DNA of 37,849 bases, taken from NCBI GenBank assembly GCA_937890785.1, contig CALAEC010000138.1, forward strand, positions 1-37,849, written 5' to 3'. The notes under the pieces were generated by a model. That model was given only the letters and a program-made list of their open reading frames with translations, searched no databases and was not told the origin of the DNA. Positions 23,814-31,694 of the stretch are shown here, piece after piece (within the stretch, counting starts at the first letter, position 1; each line of letters starts with the position of its first letter). A program made the position numbers and the translations under genes. Source of the stretch: an uncultured Actinomycetes bacterium. Its GTDB lineage: Bacteria > Actinomycetota > UBA4738 > CALAEC01.

Positions 23814-26054
23814 GTGGAGGAGCTGAGGGCACCCGACCGGCGGGGGAGCCTCCTCTCGCGCCTACCGTTCGTCTCCTCGGGGGGTCCCGAGGAGGACGGC
23901 GGTGTCGAGGGCCTCCTCCGCAAGGTCCGGGCGTACAACCCCAAGGCCGATGTCCGCCAGGTCCAGCGGGCCTTCGACTTCGCCGCCCAGTCCCACCGGG
24001 GCCAGCTCCGGAAGTCGGGGGAGCCCTTCATCCGCCACCCGCTCGGCGTGGCCCACATCCTGGCCGACCTCGGCATGGACACCACCACGCTCGTGTCAGC
24101 GCTGCTGCACGACGTGGTCGAGGACACCGACCTCTCCCTCGAGCCCATCGAGTCCGGGTTCGGAGCCGAGGTCGGGGCCATTGTCGACGGGCTCACCAAG
24201 CTGGATCGCATCGAGTACCGCACCCGCGAGCAGGAGCAGGCCGAGAACGTCCGCAAGATGATCGTGGCCATGGCCCGGGACATCCGGGTTCTGATCATCA
24301 AGCTGGCCGACCGGCTCCACAACATGCGGACGCTCGAGGCATTGTCGCGACGACGGCAGGAGGAGATCGCCACCGAGACCCTGGAGATCTACGCGCCGCT
24401 GGCCCACCGGCTCGGCATCTTCCAGATCAAGTGGGAGCTGGAGGACCTGTCCTTCAAGACGCTGCACCCGAAGCGGTTCGAGGAGATCCGCAACCTCGTC
24501 GGCAAGGCCGAGGACGAGCGGACCGAGTACACGGCCCGGGTCCTCGAGGCTGTGAACGCGCAGCTGCGATCGGTGAAGGTGAAGGCCGAGGTCGACGGCC
24601 GGTCGAAGCACCTCTACAGCGTGTACGAGAAGATGGTGCTCCGGGGCAAGGAGTTCAATGAGATCTACGACCTCGTGGGCATCCGGGTGCTCGTGGACAC
24701 GGTCAAGGACTGCTACGCAGCGCTTGGGGCGATCCATTCGATCTGGAAGCCGGTGCCCGGGCGGTTCAAGGACTACATCGCGATGCCCAAGTTCAACATG
24801 TACCAGTCCCTCCACACGACGGTGATCGGGCCTGAGGGACGACCGCTCGAGGTCCAGACCAGGACCCAGCAGATGCACCGCACCGCCGAGTTCGGCATCG
24901 CCGCGCACTGGCGCTACAAGGAGTCCGGGAAACGGAAGGAGGACGCCTCCGACATCGCCTGGCTGGCGCAGATGCTCGAGTGGCAGAAGGACATGGCCGA
25001 TCCCCGGGAGTTCATGGAGGGCCTCCGGATCGACCTCTACAACGACCGGGCGTTCTGCTTCACGCCGAAGGGCGACGTGGTGGACCTGCCGGCGGAGGCG
25101 ACGCCGATCGACTTCGCCTACGCCATCCACACCGAAGTCGGGCACCGGTGCATCGGAGCGAAGGTGAACGGCAAGCTGGTCCCCCTCGACTACCGGCTCC
25201 AGACCGGCGACACCGTGGACGTCCTGACCTCGAAGGGGCAGGATGCCGGGCCGAGCCGGGACTGGCTCCAGGTAGTGGCCACGCCGCGGGCGCGGAACAA
25301 GATCCGGCAGTGGTTCTCGCGGGAGCGCCGCGAGGACGCCATGGACACGGGCCGGGACATGCTCCAGCGGGAGCTGCGGAAGCAGGGCCTCCCCCTGAAG
25401 CGGCTGACCACCGAGGACACGCTGGCCCGGGTGGCCGCCGACCTGAAGTACCCCACGATCGACGCGATGCTGGTGGCCGTGGGGGAGGGCCACGTCTCGC
25501 CGCAGTCGGTCGCGGTCCGACTGACCAGGCTGATCTCCCAGGACGAGGAGGAGGAGGTCGCGGAGATCCCGCCGGCACGGCCGGTTCGCCTGGCGGTCCG
25601 TTCGGACAAGCCGGTGGTGGTCGCCGGCGCCGACGACCTGTGGGTGAACCTGGCCCGGTGCTGTACCCCGGTCCCCGGTGACGAGATCGTGGGGTTCGTG
25701 ACCCGGGGCCGTGGCGTGTCAGTGCATCGCGCGGACTGTCCGAACGTCAAGGCGCTCGCGGAGCAGGCCGACCGGTTCATCGACGTGTCGTGGCGTCCCG
25801 GGAAGGGGACCTCGTTCGTGGTGGCCATCCAGGTGGAGGCCCTCGATCGGAAGAAGTTGCTGGGCGACGTGGCCACGGCCCTCGGCGAGCACCAGATCAA
25901 CATCCTGTCCGCCAGCTCGACCGTGGGGAAGGACCGCGTGGCGAAGCTTCGGTTCACGTTCGAGCTCGCCGACATCACCCACCTGGCCGGGATCCTCCAG
26001 AGCGTCAAGAAGGTGGACAGCGTCTTCGACGCCTATCGCGTGGTTCCCGGCTGA
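23814..26054 (+). CDS. relA: Bifunctional (p)ppGpp synthetase/guanosine-3',5'-bis(diphosphate) 3'-pyrophosphohydrolase (RelA/SpoT, Rel)
   Basis: An intact HD hydrolase motif is present (FIRHPLGVAHILA...LLHDVVEDT). The synthetase block is YDLVGIRVLV...YQSLHTTV...EVQTRTQQMH. TGS (VFCFTPKGDVVDLP) and a C-terminal ACT domain are also present. Confidence 0.95.
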   Translation: MEELRAPDRRGSLLSRLPFVSSGGPEEDGGVEGLLRKVRAYNPKADVRQVQRAFDFAAQSHRGQLRKSGEPFIRHPLGVAHILADLGMDTTTLVSALLHDVVEDTDLSLEPIESGFGAEVGAIVDGLTKLDRIEYRTREQEQAENVRKMIVAMARDIRVLIIKLADRLHNMRTLEALSRRRQEEIATETLEIYAPLAHRLGIFQIKWELEDLSFKTLHPKRFEEIRNLVGKAEDERTEYTARVLEAVNAQLRSVKVKAEVDGRSKHLYSVYEKMVLRGKEFNEIYDLVGIRVLVDTVKDCYAALGAIHSIWKPVPGRFKDYIAMPKFNMYQSLHTTVIGPEGRPLEVQTRTQQMHRTAEFGIAAHWRYKESGKRKEDASDIAWLAQMLEWQKDMADPREFMEGLRIDLYNDRAFCFTPKGDVVDLPAEATPIDFAYAIHTEVGHRCIGAKVNGKLVPLDYRLQTGDTVDVLTSKGQDAGPSRDWLQVVATPRARNKIRQWFSRERREDAMDTGRDMLQRELRKQGLPLKRLTTEDTLARVAADLKYPTIDAMLVAVGEGHVSPQSVAVRLTRLISQDEEEEVAEIPPARPVRLAVRSDKPVVVAGADDLWVNLARCCTPVPGDEIVGFVTRGRGVSVHRADCPNVKALAEQADRFIDVSWRPGKGTSFVVAIQVEALDRKKLLGDVATALGEHQINILSASSTVGKDRVAKLRFTFELADITHLAGILQSVKKVDSVFDAYRVVPG

Positions 26055-26194
26055 GGACTGGCCTTCCGAAATCACCCGCCGAACGGCCCGAATCGGCCGA
26101 CCGGGGGATGTCCGTGGGGCGATGCCCGCCCTAGGCTCGGCATCGATGACCGGTGGCGACCCGAACGGGGGAGGGGCGGCCGGAAGGGGGAGCC

Positions 26195-26836
26195 ATGGGT
26201 ACCAGCAGCATCGCCTCGGATGGGGAACGGCGCCCATCCGGGAGGGGCATCCTCGTGAGGGTGCTGGCATCGTCTGTCGCGCTCCTCGTGCTCGCCCCAG
26301 CGGGGGTCGGCGCGCAGGAGCAGGTCACTCGGCAGGACTGCGAGGAGGCCATCGCGGCCACCGCTGAGGCCTACGAGTCCGGCCTGGCACCTGATCCGGA
26401 CGCCGAGCAGCTGGCACGGGACTGCACGACTCCGGTCAGCGTGGGCCCGATCGGCGAGCCGACCGTGACTACAAGCGCTCGGCAGGGCCTGCGTGGCACC
26501 TCGTGCAAGACGATCCACGACGGTTACGGATACGTGAACGCCTTCGGCCAGGTGTTCGCCGCGTTCGTGGGCCACCTTCATTGGTGTTACAACGGCAACA
26601 AGGTCCAGGGCGGCGACTTCTGGATCACGCACTCCTCCTGTTGCTTCTGGTTCTACGAGGGTCTGGTGCACAGCACCAACCTGGGGTGTTTCGGTGGGTG
26701 TGGGTACGTGTATCGCGAGCGGAAGGGAAGCTTCATCTTCAATCCGCCGTGGCCCGCGGTGACCACACGAGTCCAGCCGTGGTTCCGACTGTACGGGGAC
26801 AGGAACGGCGGGTGGTGGAGGAATTCGGGTGGATGA
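26195..26836 (+). CDS. Hypothetical secreted Cys/Trp-rich protein (no family recognised)
   Basis: ATG 26195 is preceded by GGAAGGGGGAG. The longest ORF begins at GTG 26153. A signal-peptide-like segment RGILVRVLASSVALLVLAPAGVGA is followed by QEQ. The mature part has 8 Cys and 7 Trp. Coding is supported by ORF length and by coupling to the downstream ORF. Confidence 0.55.
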   Translation: MGTSSIASDGERRPSGRGILVRVLASSVALLVLAPAGVGAQEQVTRQDCEEAIAATAEAYESGLAPDPDAEQLARDCTTPVSVGPIGEPTVTTSARQGLRGTSCKTIHDGYGYVNAFGQVFAAFVGHLHWCYNGNKVQGGDFWITHSSCCFWFYEGLVHSTNLGCFGGCGYVYRERKGSFIFNPPWPAVTTRVQPWFRLYGDRNGGWWRNSGG

Positions 26837-27009
26837 ACGTGCAGATCGAGTGGCGACCCGCGTGGAAGAGCATCGTCGAGTCGTTCCGTGAACATCCCGT
26901 GCGGACGCTCATCCGGCTGGCGGTGGTGGTATTCGTGACGGGGCTGATCGTCACGCTGGTGCTGGGCGTCTTCGACGGTCCTCGCGTCAATATCATCAAC
27001 GGGCCGTAG
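26833..27009 (+). CDS. Hypothetical 58-aa single-pass membrane protein
   Basis: The ATG at 26833 overlaps the upstream stop (ATGA). One hydrophobic helix is present: LIRLAVVVFVTGLIVTLVLGVF. A strong hairpin follows. Confidence 0.4.
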   Translation: MNVQIEWRPAWKSIVESFREHPVRTLIRLAVVVFVTGLIVTLVLGVFDGPRVNIINGP

Positions 27010-27041
27010 TCGGTCGGGCCGCGGCGCCACCCTTGTCGAAC

Positions 27042-27070
27042 CGAAGCGGGGGCCCAGAGCCCCCGCTTCG
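27042..27070. terminator. GC-rich hairpin (12-bp perfect stem, 5-nt loop), a likely intrinsic terminator without a U-tract
   Basis: CGAAGCGGGGGC-CCAGA-GCCCCCGCTTCG lies 33 nt after the stop at 27009 and before dtd. Confidence 0.5.
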
Positions 27071-27102
27071 ATCTCGGTTCATCCATCCGGGAAGATGGGA
27101 CG

Positions 27103-27540
27103 GTGAGGCTGGTGATCCAGCGGGTGGCCCGGTCCGAGGTCCGGGTGGCTGGGGCCGTCGTGGCCGACGGCGGCCCCGGGCTCCTGATCCTTGTCGGGAT
27201 CGGGGTCGACGACCGCGAGGACGCCCCGGCGAAGCTGGCCCGAAAGGTCTGGCACCTGCGGATCTTCGAAGACGAGGACGGGAAGATGAACCGCTCGATC
27301 GAGGACGTGGGCGGCGACATCGTGGTCGTGTCGCAGTTCACGCTCTACGGCGACACCTCGGCAGGCCGGCGGCCGTCGTGGATCCGGGCAGCGCCCCCCG
27401 AGGTCGCGGAGCCCGCGGTGGAGCGGTTCGCCGCCGAGCTGGCCTCGCTGGGGGCGAGCGTCCGGACCGGGAGCTTCGGCGCGCACATGGAGGTGGAGCT
27501 GGTGAACGACGGCCCGGTGACCCTGATCCTGGAGGCCTGA
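27103..27540 (+). CDS. dtd: D-aminoacyl-tRNA deacylase
   Basis: VIQRV...LLILVGIG..D....A..LA.KV..LRIFEDEDGKMN.S and SQFTLYGDT..GRRPS are invariant Dtd motifs. Confidence 0.9.
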   Translation: MRLVIQRVARSEVRVAGAVVADGGPGLLILVGIGVDDREDAPAKLARKVWHLRIFEDEDGKMNRSIEDVGGDIVVVSQFTLYGDTSAGRRPSWIRAAPPEVAEPAVERFAAELASLGASVRTGSFGAHMEVELVNDGPVTLILEA

Positions 27541-27544
27541 CCCG

Positions 27545-28942
27545 CTACTCGCGAGAGCCGACACGGTCGACGGCCTCGGCCATCAGGTTGCCGAAGGCCC
27601 GCGCCGCGGTGGGAAAGGCGTGGATCGTGTCGGCGAGCACGTCGATCGGCACCCGGGCCTTGATGGCCACGGCGGGCTCGTGGATCAGCTCACCGGCCCC
27701 AGGACAAGCGGCGAACCCTCCTACCAGGACACCTCGATCCCGGTCCACCACCGCGGTGATGTGCGCGGGCGAGCCCTCCAGGATGGCGCCGTCGGAGCGG
27801 CGGCGAGGCTCGATCGTGAAGCCGCGAGCCGTGGTGGCGAAGTCGACGGTGACCTCGAAGGCGTCGATCCCACGCTCCCTGGCCGCCTCAACGGTCATCC
27901 CGACCGAGGCCGTCTCGGGATCGGTGAACGTGACCGCCGGGATCGTGGTCAGGTCCGCGCGAACCTCCTTCCCGGCGGCGGCGCGCGCTGCGATGCGCCC
28001 CTCGTAATCGGCCACGTGGGTGAATTGGGCCCCCCCGGCGCAGTCGCCGGCCACGAACACCCGGTCGCTGACGGCCATGCGCTCATCCGGGACGGCGCGG
28101 CCCCGGTCGTCGAGCGTCACGCCAGCCTCATTCGCGCCGAGGGCCGAGAGGTCCGCGGCCCGCCGGCCAGCCGCGACCAGGAGCTCCGCGCCCTCGACCA
28201 CCGTGCCGTCCGACAGCGTCACGCGGCGTCCCGGTCCACCCCGCTCGACCTTGGTGGCCGTGACGTTCGTCCGGATATCGACTCCCTCCTCGCGGAGCTG
28301 ATCGGCGACCGCGGCCGAGCTGCGGGGATGGTCGCGAGGGAGGATCCGATCCGAGCCCTGGATCAGCGTGACCCTCGAGCCGAACCGGGCGAACACCTGC
28401 GCCAGCTCCGTCCCGACGACCCCGCCGCCGAGGATCACGAGGCTGGAGGGCAGGTCGCGGGTCGAGGTGGCGTCGTCGCTGGTCCAGTAGCCGGCCTCAT
28501 CCAGGCCATCGATGGACGGGATCACGGGGCGGGATCCGATCGCGAGGATCAGCGCCTCGGTCTCGAGGGCCCTGGGCCGTTCTCCGTCCCGTCGCACCTC
28601 GACCCGGCCCGATCCGAGCACCCGAGCCGCCCCCCGAACCACCTCGGCGCCCGCTCCCTCCAGGGCCCGGACGTGCCCGGAGTCGTCGGAGCGAGCACTG
28701 CCTTCACGGCTGATCATCCAGTCCCGCCGTGCCGACGCCCGCGTCCACGGGTACTCCGCCCCCACGGCCCGTCTGGCCGCCGCGTCGAGGAGGGTCTTCG
28801 AGGGAAGGCAGGCCCAGAAGCTGCAGAGCCCCCCAACCAGATCACGCTCCACCACCGCCACCTTCCGCTCGAGCTGAGCGGACAGCGTTCCGGCGGCCTC
28901 GCCGCCGGCGCCCGCCCCGATCACCACCACGTCGTAGGTCAC
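27545..28942 (-). CDS. FAD-dependent pyridine nucleotide-disulfide oxidoreductase (class I, Lpd/GR-like fold; atypical active site)
   Basis: GTG 28942 is preceded by GAGGAGGGA. The FAD motif is VVVIGAGAGGEAA, the redox-active CxxxxC is GGLCSFWACLPSK, and the NAD motif is LVILGGGVVGTELA. GDCAGG is present. The C-terminal dimerisation domain has TIHAFPTAARAF in place of HAHPTLxE. Confidence 0.85.
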   Translation of the reverse strand: MTYDVVVIGAGAGGEAAGTLSAQLERKVAVVERDLVGGLCSFWACLPSKTLLDAAARRAVGAEYPWTRASARRDWMISREGSARSDDSGHVRALEGAGAEVVRGAARVLGSGRVEVRRDGERPRALETEALILAIGSRPVIPSIDGLDEAGYWTSDDATSTRDLPSSLVILGGGVVGTELAQVFARFGSRVTLIQGSDRILPRDHPRSSAAVADQLREEGVDIRTNVTATKVERGGPGRRVTLSDGTVVEGAELLVAAGRRAADLSALGANEAGVTLDDRGRAVPDERMAVSDRVFVAGDCAGGAQFTHVADYEGRIAARAAAGKEVRADLTTIPAVTFTDPETASVGMTVEAARERGIDAFEVTVDFATTARGFTIEPRRRSDGAILEGSPAHITAVVDRDRGVLVGGFAACPGAGELIHEPAVAIKARVPIDVLADTIHAFPTAARAFGNLMAEAVDRVGSRE

Positions 28943-29023
28943 CGATCCCTCCTCGCCTCGAACCGATCGTACGGTGGAACGAGTCCCGCCGTCCTGGCAT
29001 GCCCGGCGTGCGAGGATGGCGCC

Positions 29024-29269
29024 GTGATCGCGCCGGCCGCCTGCACCCACGTCCCCACGACGCTCGCTGGCCCTCGGGCCGAGGCGTGCGAGGTCTGCGG
29101 CGAGACCAGGAACCTCCGGGTCTGCGCCGAGTGTGGTCACGTCGGCTGCTGCGAGTCGCTCGGCGCGCACAACACCCAGCATTTCCGCGAGAGCGGCCAC
29201 GAGGTGATCAGGTCGGTCCCGGTCGACCGGGGCTTCACGTGGTGCTACGCGTGCGGCCGGTACCTCTGA
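29024..29269 (+). CDS. UBP-type zinc-finger domain protein (about 81 aa)
   Basis: CTH...CEVCGETRNLRVCAECGHVGCCESLGAHNTQHFRESGHEVIRS...WCYAC matches the ZnF-UBP Cys/His pattern. The only canonical in-frame start near the domain is GTG 29024. Confidence 0.7.
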   Translation: MIAPAACTHVPTTLAGPRAEACEVCGETRNLRVCAECGHVGCCESLGAHNTQHFRESGHEVIRSVPVDRGFTWCYACGRYL

Positions 29270-29320
29270 GCGAGGGAATGCGGGGCGAGGCGGGCCGGTT
29301 GCTGGGCTCGAGGAGGTGAC

Positions 29321-31021
29321 GTGGCGAAGGATCGGATGAGCTCGTGGCAGCGGTGGACCATGGTCGCGGTGGTCCTGGGGTCCGGCATCGTGTTCCTGGA
29401 CACCTCTGTGGTCAACCTGGCGCTGCCCAGGATCGGCGAGGAGCTCCAGAGCCCGATCTTCGGGTTCGCCAGGCTCGAAGCCCAGTCCTACATCAACAAC
29501 GGTTATTTCCTCACCCTCAGTGCGCTGCTGATCCTGGCCGGCGCGCTCAACGACTACTTCGGCCGTCGCCGGATGTTCACGATCGGCCTGTTCGGCTTCC
29601 TGGTCACCTCGATCCTGTGCGGACTCGCTCCGAACATGGAGCTCCTGATCCTGTTCCGGATCCTCCAGGGCGCCACCGGCGCGCTGGTGGTGCCCGGCTC
29701 CCTGGCGATCATCACGGCCAGCTTCGACGGCGAGCAGCAGGGACGGGCCTTCGGTCTGTGGGCCGGTGCCTCCGCGGCCACGACCATCCTGGGGCCGTTC
29801 ATCGGAGGCGTCCTGGTGAACTCGATCTCCTGGCGGGCTGCCTTCTTCATCAACGTGCCGTTCCTGCTGGTGGCCCTGTACGCGATGCGGCACGTCCCCG
29901 AGTCCCGTGACGAGGAGGCCACCGGCCGGTTCGACTGGCTGGGGTCCCTGGTGGTGGCCATCGCGGTGGGCGGGCTGGCGTTCGGAACGATCCGGGGGCA
30001 GCAGACCGACTGGCGGGGGACCGAGGCCTTCGTGGCGCTGGCGTTGGGGGCGGCGGCCACGGTGGCGTTCCCGATCATGATGGTGAAGCGCGACCATCCC
30101 CTCGTCCCGCCCTCCCTGTTTCGGTCGCGCAACTTCACGGTGACGAACATCTCCACGTTCGTCATCTACGGGGCCCTGTACGTGTTCATCACGTTCCAGG
30201 GGCTGTTCCTGATCGGGACCCTCGGCTACAACGAGCCGGCGGCGGGGATCGCCGGGCTCCCGGCGACGCTCTTCCTGGTGCTGTTCTCGACGCGGTTCGG
30301 CCGGCTGGCGGCGCGGTACGGGCCCCGCCTGTTCATGGCCGCGGGCCCGGCGATCATGGCCCTCGGCCTGCTCTATCTGGTGCGGTTCCCGTCCGACAGC
30401 GAGCCGTGGGTCTTCGGCACGGGAGCCGGCCAGTCACTGCTGCCGCCTGGGGACTACCTGGTGGATCTGCTCCCATCTCTGTTGATCTTCGGGTCGGGGC
30501 TCATGATGATGGTGGCGCCGCTGACCACCGCCCTGATGACCTCGGTGCCCAAGCACAACTCCGGGGTCGGCTCGGCGATCAACAACGCGATCTCCCGGGT
30601 CGGATCGCCGCTGGTCACCGCGCTGATCTTCGTGGCGGTGGTGTCGAGCTTCTACGGGGCCATCCAGGACCGGGTGCCCAGTGCGAACACCTCGTCGCCG
30701 GAGTTCCGGCAGCAGGTGGCGCCGCTGAACCCGCCCGAGGAGGGGGCGGACCCGGAGGTGGTCCAGGCGGCCCGGGAGGCGTCCACCGATTCGTTCCACC
30801 TCGCGGTCCTGGTGGCCGCGGGACTGATGCTGGTCGGCGCCGCGGTGAACGCCATCGGGATCCGGAATCCGAAGCGGCCGGCCGAGGCCGGGGGGCCGGC
30901 CGAGCCAGCGGTGCCGGCTCGGGAGCGGGTCGACACGGTCCCCGAGGGCGTGCCCTGCCTCCCGGTCGCCCAACCGACCGGGCTCCCCGGCGATCCCCGG
31001 ATGCACGTGGAGGAGCCCTGA
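29321..31021 (+). CDS. MFS transporter, DHA2/EmrB-type (14-TMS class) drug:H+ antiporter-like
   Basis: GAGGAGG lies upstream of GTG 29321. LDTSVVNLALPRI, motif-A-like LNDYFGRRRMF, RILQGATGALVVPGSLAII and many TM helices are present. Confidence 0.85.
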   Translation: MAKDRMSSWQRWTMVAVVLGSGIVFLDTSVVNLALPRIGEELQSPIFGFARLEAQSYINNGYFLTLSALLILAGALNDYFGRRRMFTIGLFGFLVTSILCGLAPNMELLILFRILQGATGALVVPGSLAIITASFDGEQQGRAFGLWAGASAATTILGPFIGGVLVNSISWRAAFFINVPFLLVALYAMRHVPESRDEEATGRFDWLGSLVVAIAVGGLAFGTIRGQQTDWRGTEAFVALALGAAATVAFPIMMVKRDHPLVPPSLFRSRNFTVTNISTFVIYGALYVFITFQGLFLIGTLGYNEPAAGIAGLPATLFLVLFSTRFGRLAARYGPRLFMAAGPAIMALGLLYLVRFPSDSEPWVFGTGAGQSLLPPGDYLVDLLPSLLIFGSGLMMMVAPLTTALMTSVPKHNSGVGSAINNAISRVGSPLVTALIFVAVVSSFYGAIQDRVPSANTSSPEFRQQVAPLNPPEEGADPEVVQAAREASTDSFHLAVLVAAGLMLVGAAVNAIGIRNPKRPAEAGGPAEPAVPARERVDTVPEGVPCLPVAQPTGLPGDPRMHVEEP

Positions 31022-31650
31022 CCGAGCGGTCCGCAGGGGAGGCCCTCGATCTCCTCGACTGGAAGCGCCGGGTCGCCGCCGTGTACGCGCATGTTCGCGC
31101 GCCCGGGGGCCCTCGCCAGGCGTGGGACCGCTGGAGGGCGGTGCGGGAGGACCTGATCCGCACCCATCCCCAGTCGCCGATCCGCGACCCGGCGGCCCGA
31201 GCGGCGTTCCAGGGCCCGTGGTACTTCGAGCACGACCCGGCGGCCCGGGTCCTCGCCGAGGTCGAGAACGCCGAGCCCGAGCGCGTGATCGTCGAGGGGA
31301 GCGCCGACGGGCGGTTCGAGATGACCAGGGTGGGGACGGCCCGGTTCGAGCTCTCCGGCCAGCCGTGCGCGCTGGGCCTGTACTGGGTCGAGGGGTACGG
31401 AGGCGGGCTGTTCGTCTCGTTCCGCGACGAGACCAGCGGCACGGAGACGTACGGCGCGGGGCGCTACCTCCTCGACACGGTGAAGGGTGCCGACCTTGGC
31501 CTGGACGGAGGCCGTCTGGTTCTGGACTTCAACCTGGCCTACCAGCCGTCGTGCTCGTACGACCCGACGTGGGCGTGCCCGCTGGCGCCGCCGGAGAACC
31601 GGCTGCCGGTGGCCGTGCGAGCGGGGGAGCGGCTGCGTCCCGAGCCCTAG
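31018..31650 (+). CDS. DUF1684 domain-containing protein (start codon uncertain)
   Basis: GGLFVSFRDETSGTETYGAGRYLLD...LDFNLAYQPSCSYDPTWACPLAPPENRL is the DUF1684 signature. There is no ATG, GTG or TTG between far upstream and GTG 31081. CTG 31018 overlaps the MFS stop (CTGA) and follows GGAGGAG. Confidence 0.65.
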   Translation: MTERSAGEALDLLDWKRRVAAVYAHVRAPGGPRQAWDRWRAVREDLIRTHPQSPIRDPAARAAFQGPWYFEHDPAARVLAEVENAEPERVIVEGSADGRFEMTRVGTARFELSGQPCALGLYWVEGYGGGLFVSFRDETSGTETYGAGRYLLDTVKGADLGLDGGRLVLDFNLAYQPSCSYDPTWACPLAPPENRLPVAVRAGERLRPEP

Positions 31651-31654
31651 ACGC

Positions 31655-31684
31655 CGAGGGGGCCCGCCTTGACGGGCCCCCTCG
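31655..31684. terminator. Bidirectional GC-rich hairpin between convergent genes (12-bp perfect stem, 6-nt loop)
   Basis: CGAGGGGGCCCG-CCTTGA-CGGGCCCCCTCG sits in the 44-nt gap between the DUF1684 stop (31650) and the binding-protein stop (31695). Confidence 0.55.
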
Positions 31685-31694
31685 AACTCGGCGT

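Noticed and set aside
22145-24373. A 742-aa minus-strand ORF. The 585-aa ORF at 13271-15028 and the 608-aa ORF at 3123-4949 are similar cases.
   Set aside because: All are antisense to strongly supported genes (CPA2/apt/relA, trpS/pdxT/yebC and pimA/zur). All have low-complexity Arg/Pro/Gly/Ser-rich translations.
26146-26367. An ATG placed 8 nt after a TAGGCT hexamer (26132-26137), suggesting a leaderless small ORF
   Set aside because: The frame (MTGGDPNGGGAAGRGSHGYQQHRLGW...) is Gly/Arg-rich with no features, and it overlaps the better-supported secreted-protein frame. The hexamer is more simply the promoter of that gene, with a roughly 50-nt leader.
27620-29023. The upstream 468 codons of the 549-aa plus-strand ORF that ends in the ZnF-UBP domain
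   Set aside because: This part is antisense to the flavoprotein disulfide reductase and has no protein-like sequence. Only the last 81 codons, from GTG 29024, carry the Cys/His zinc-finger pattern.
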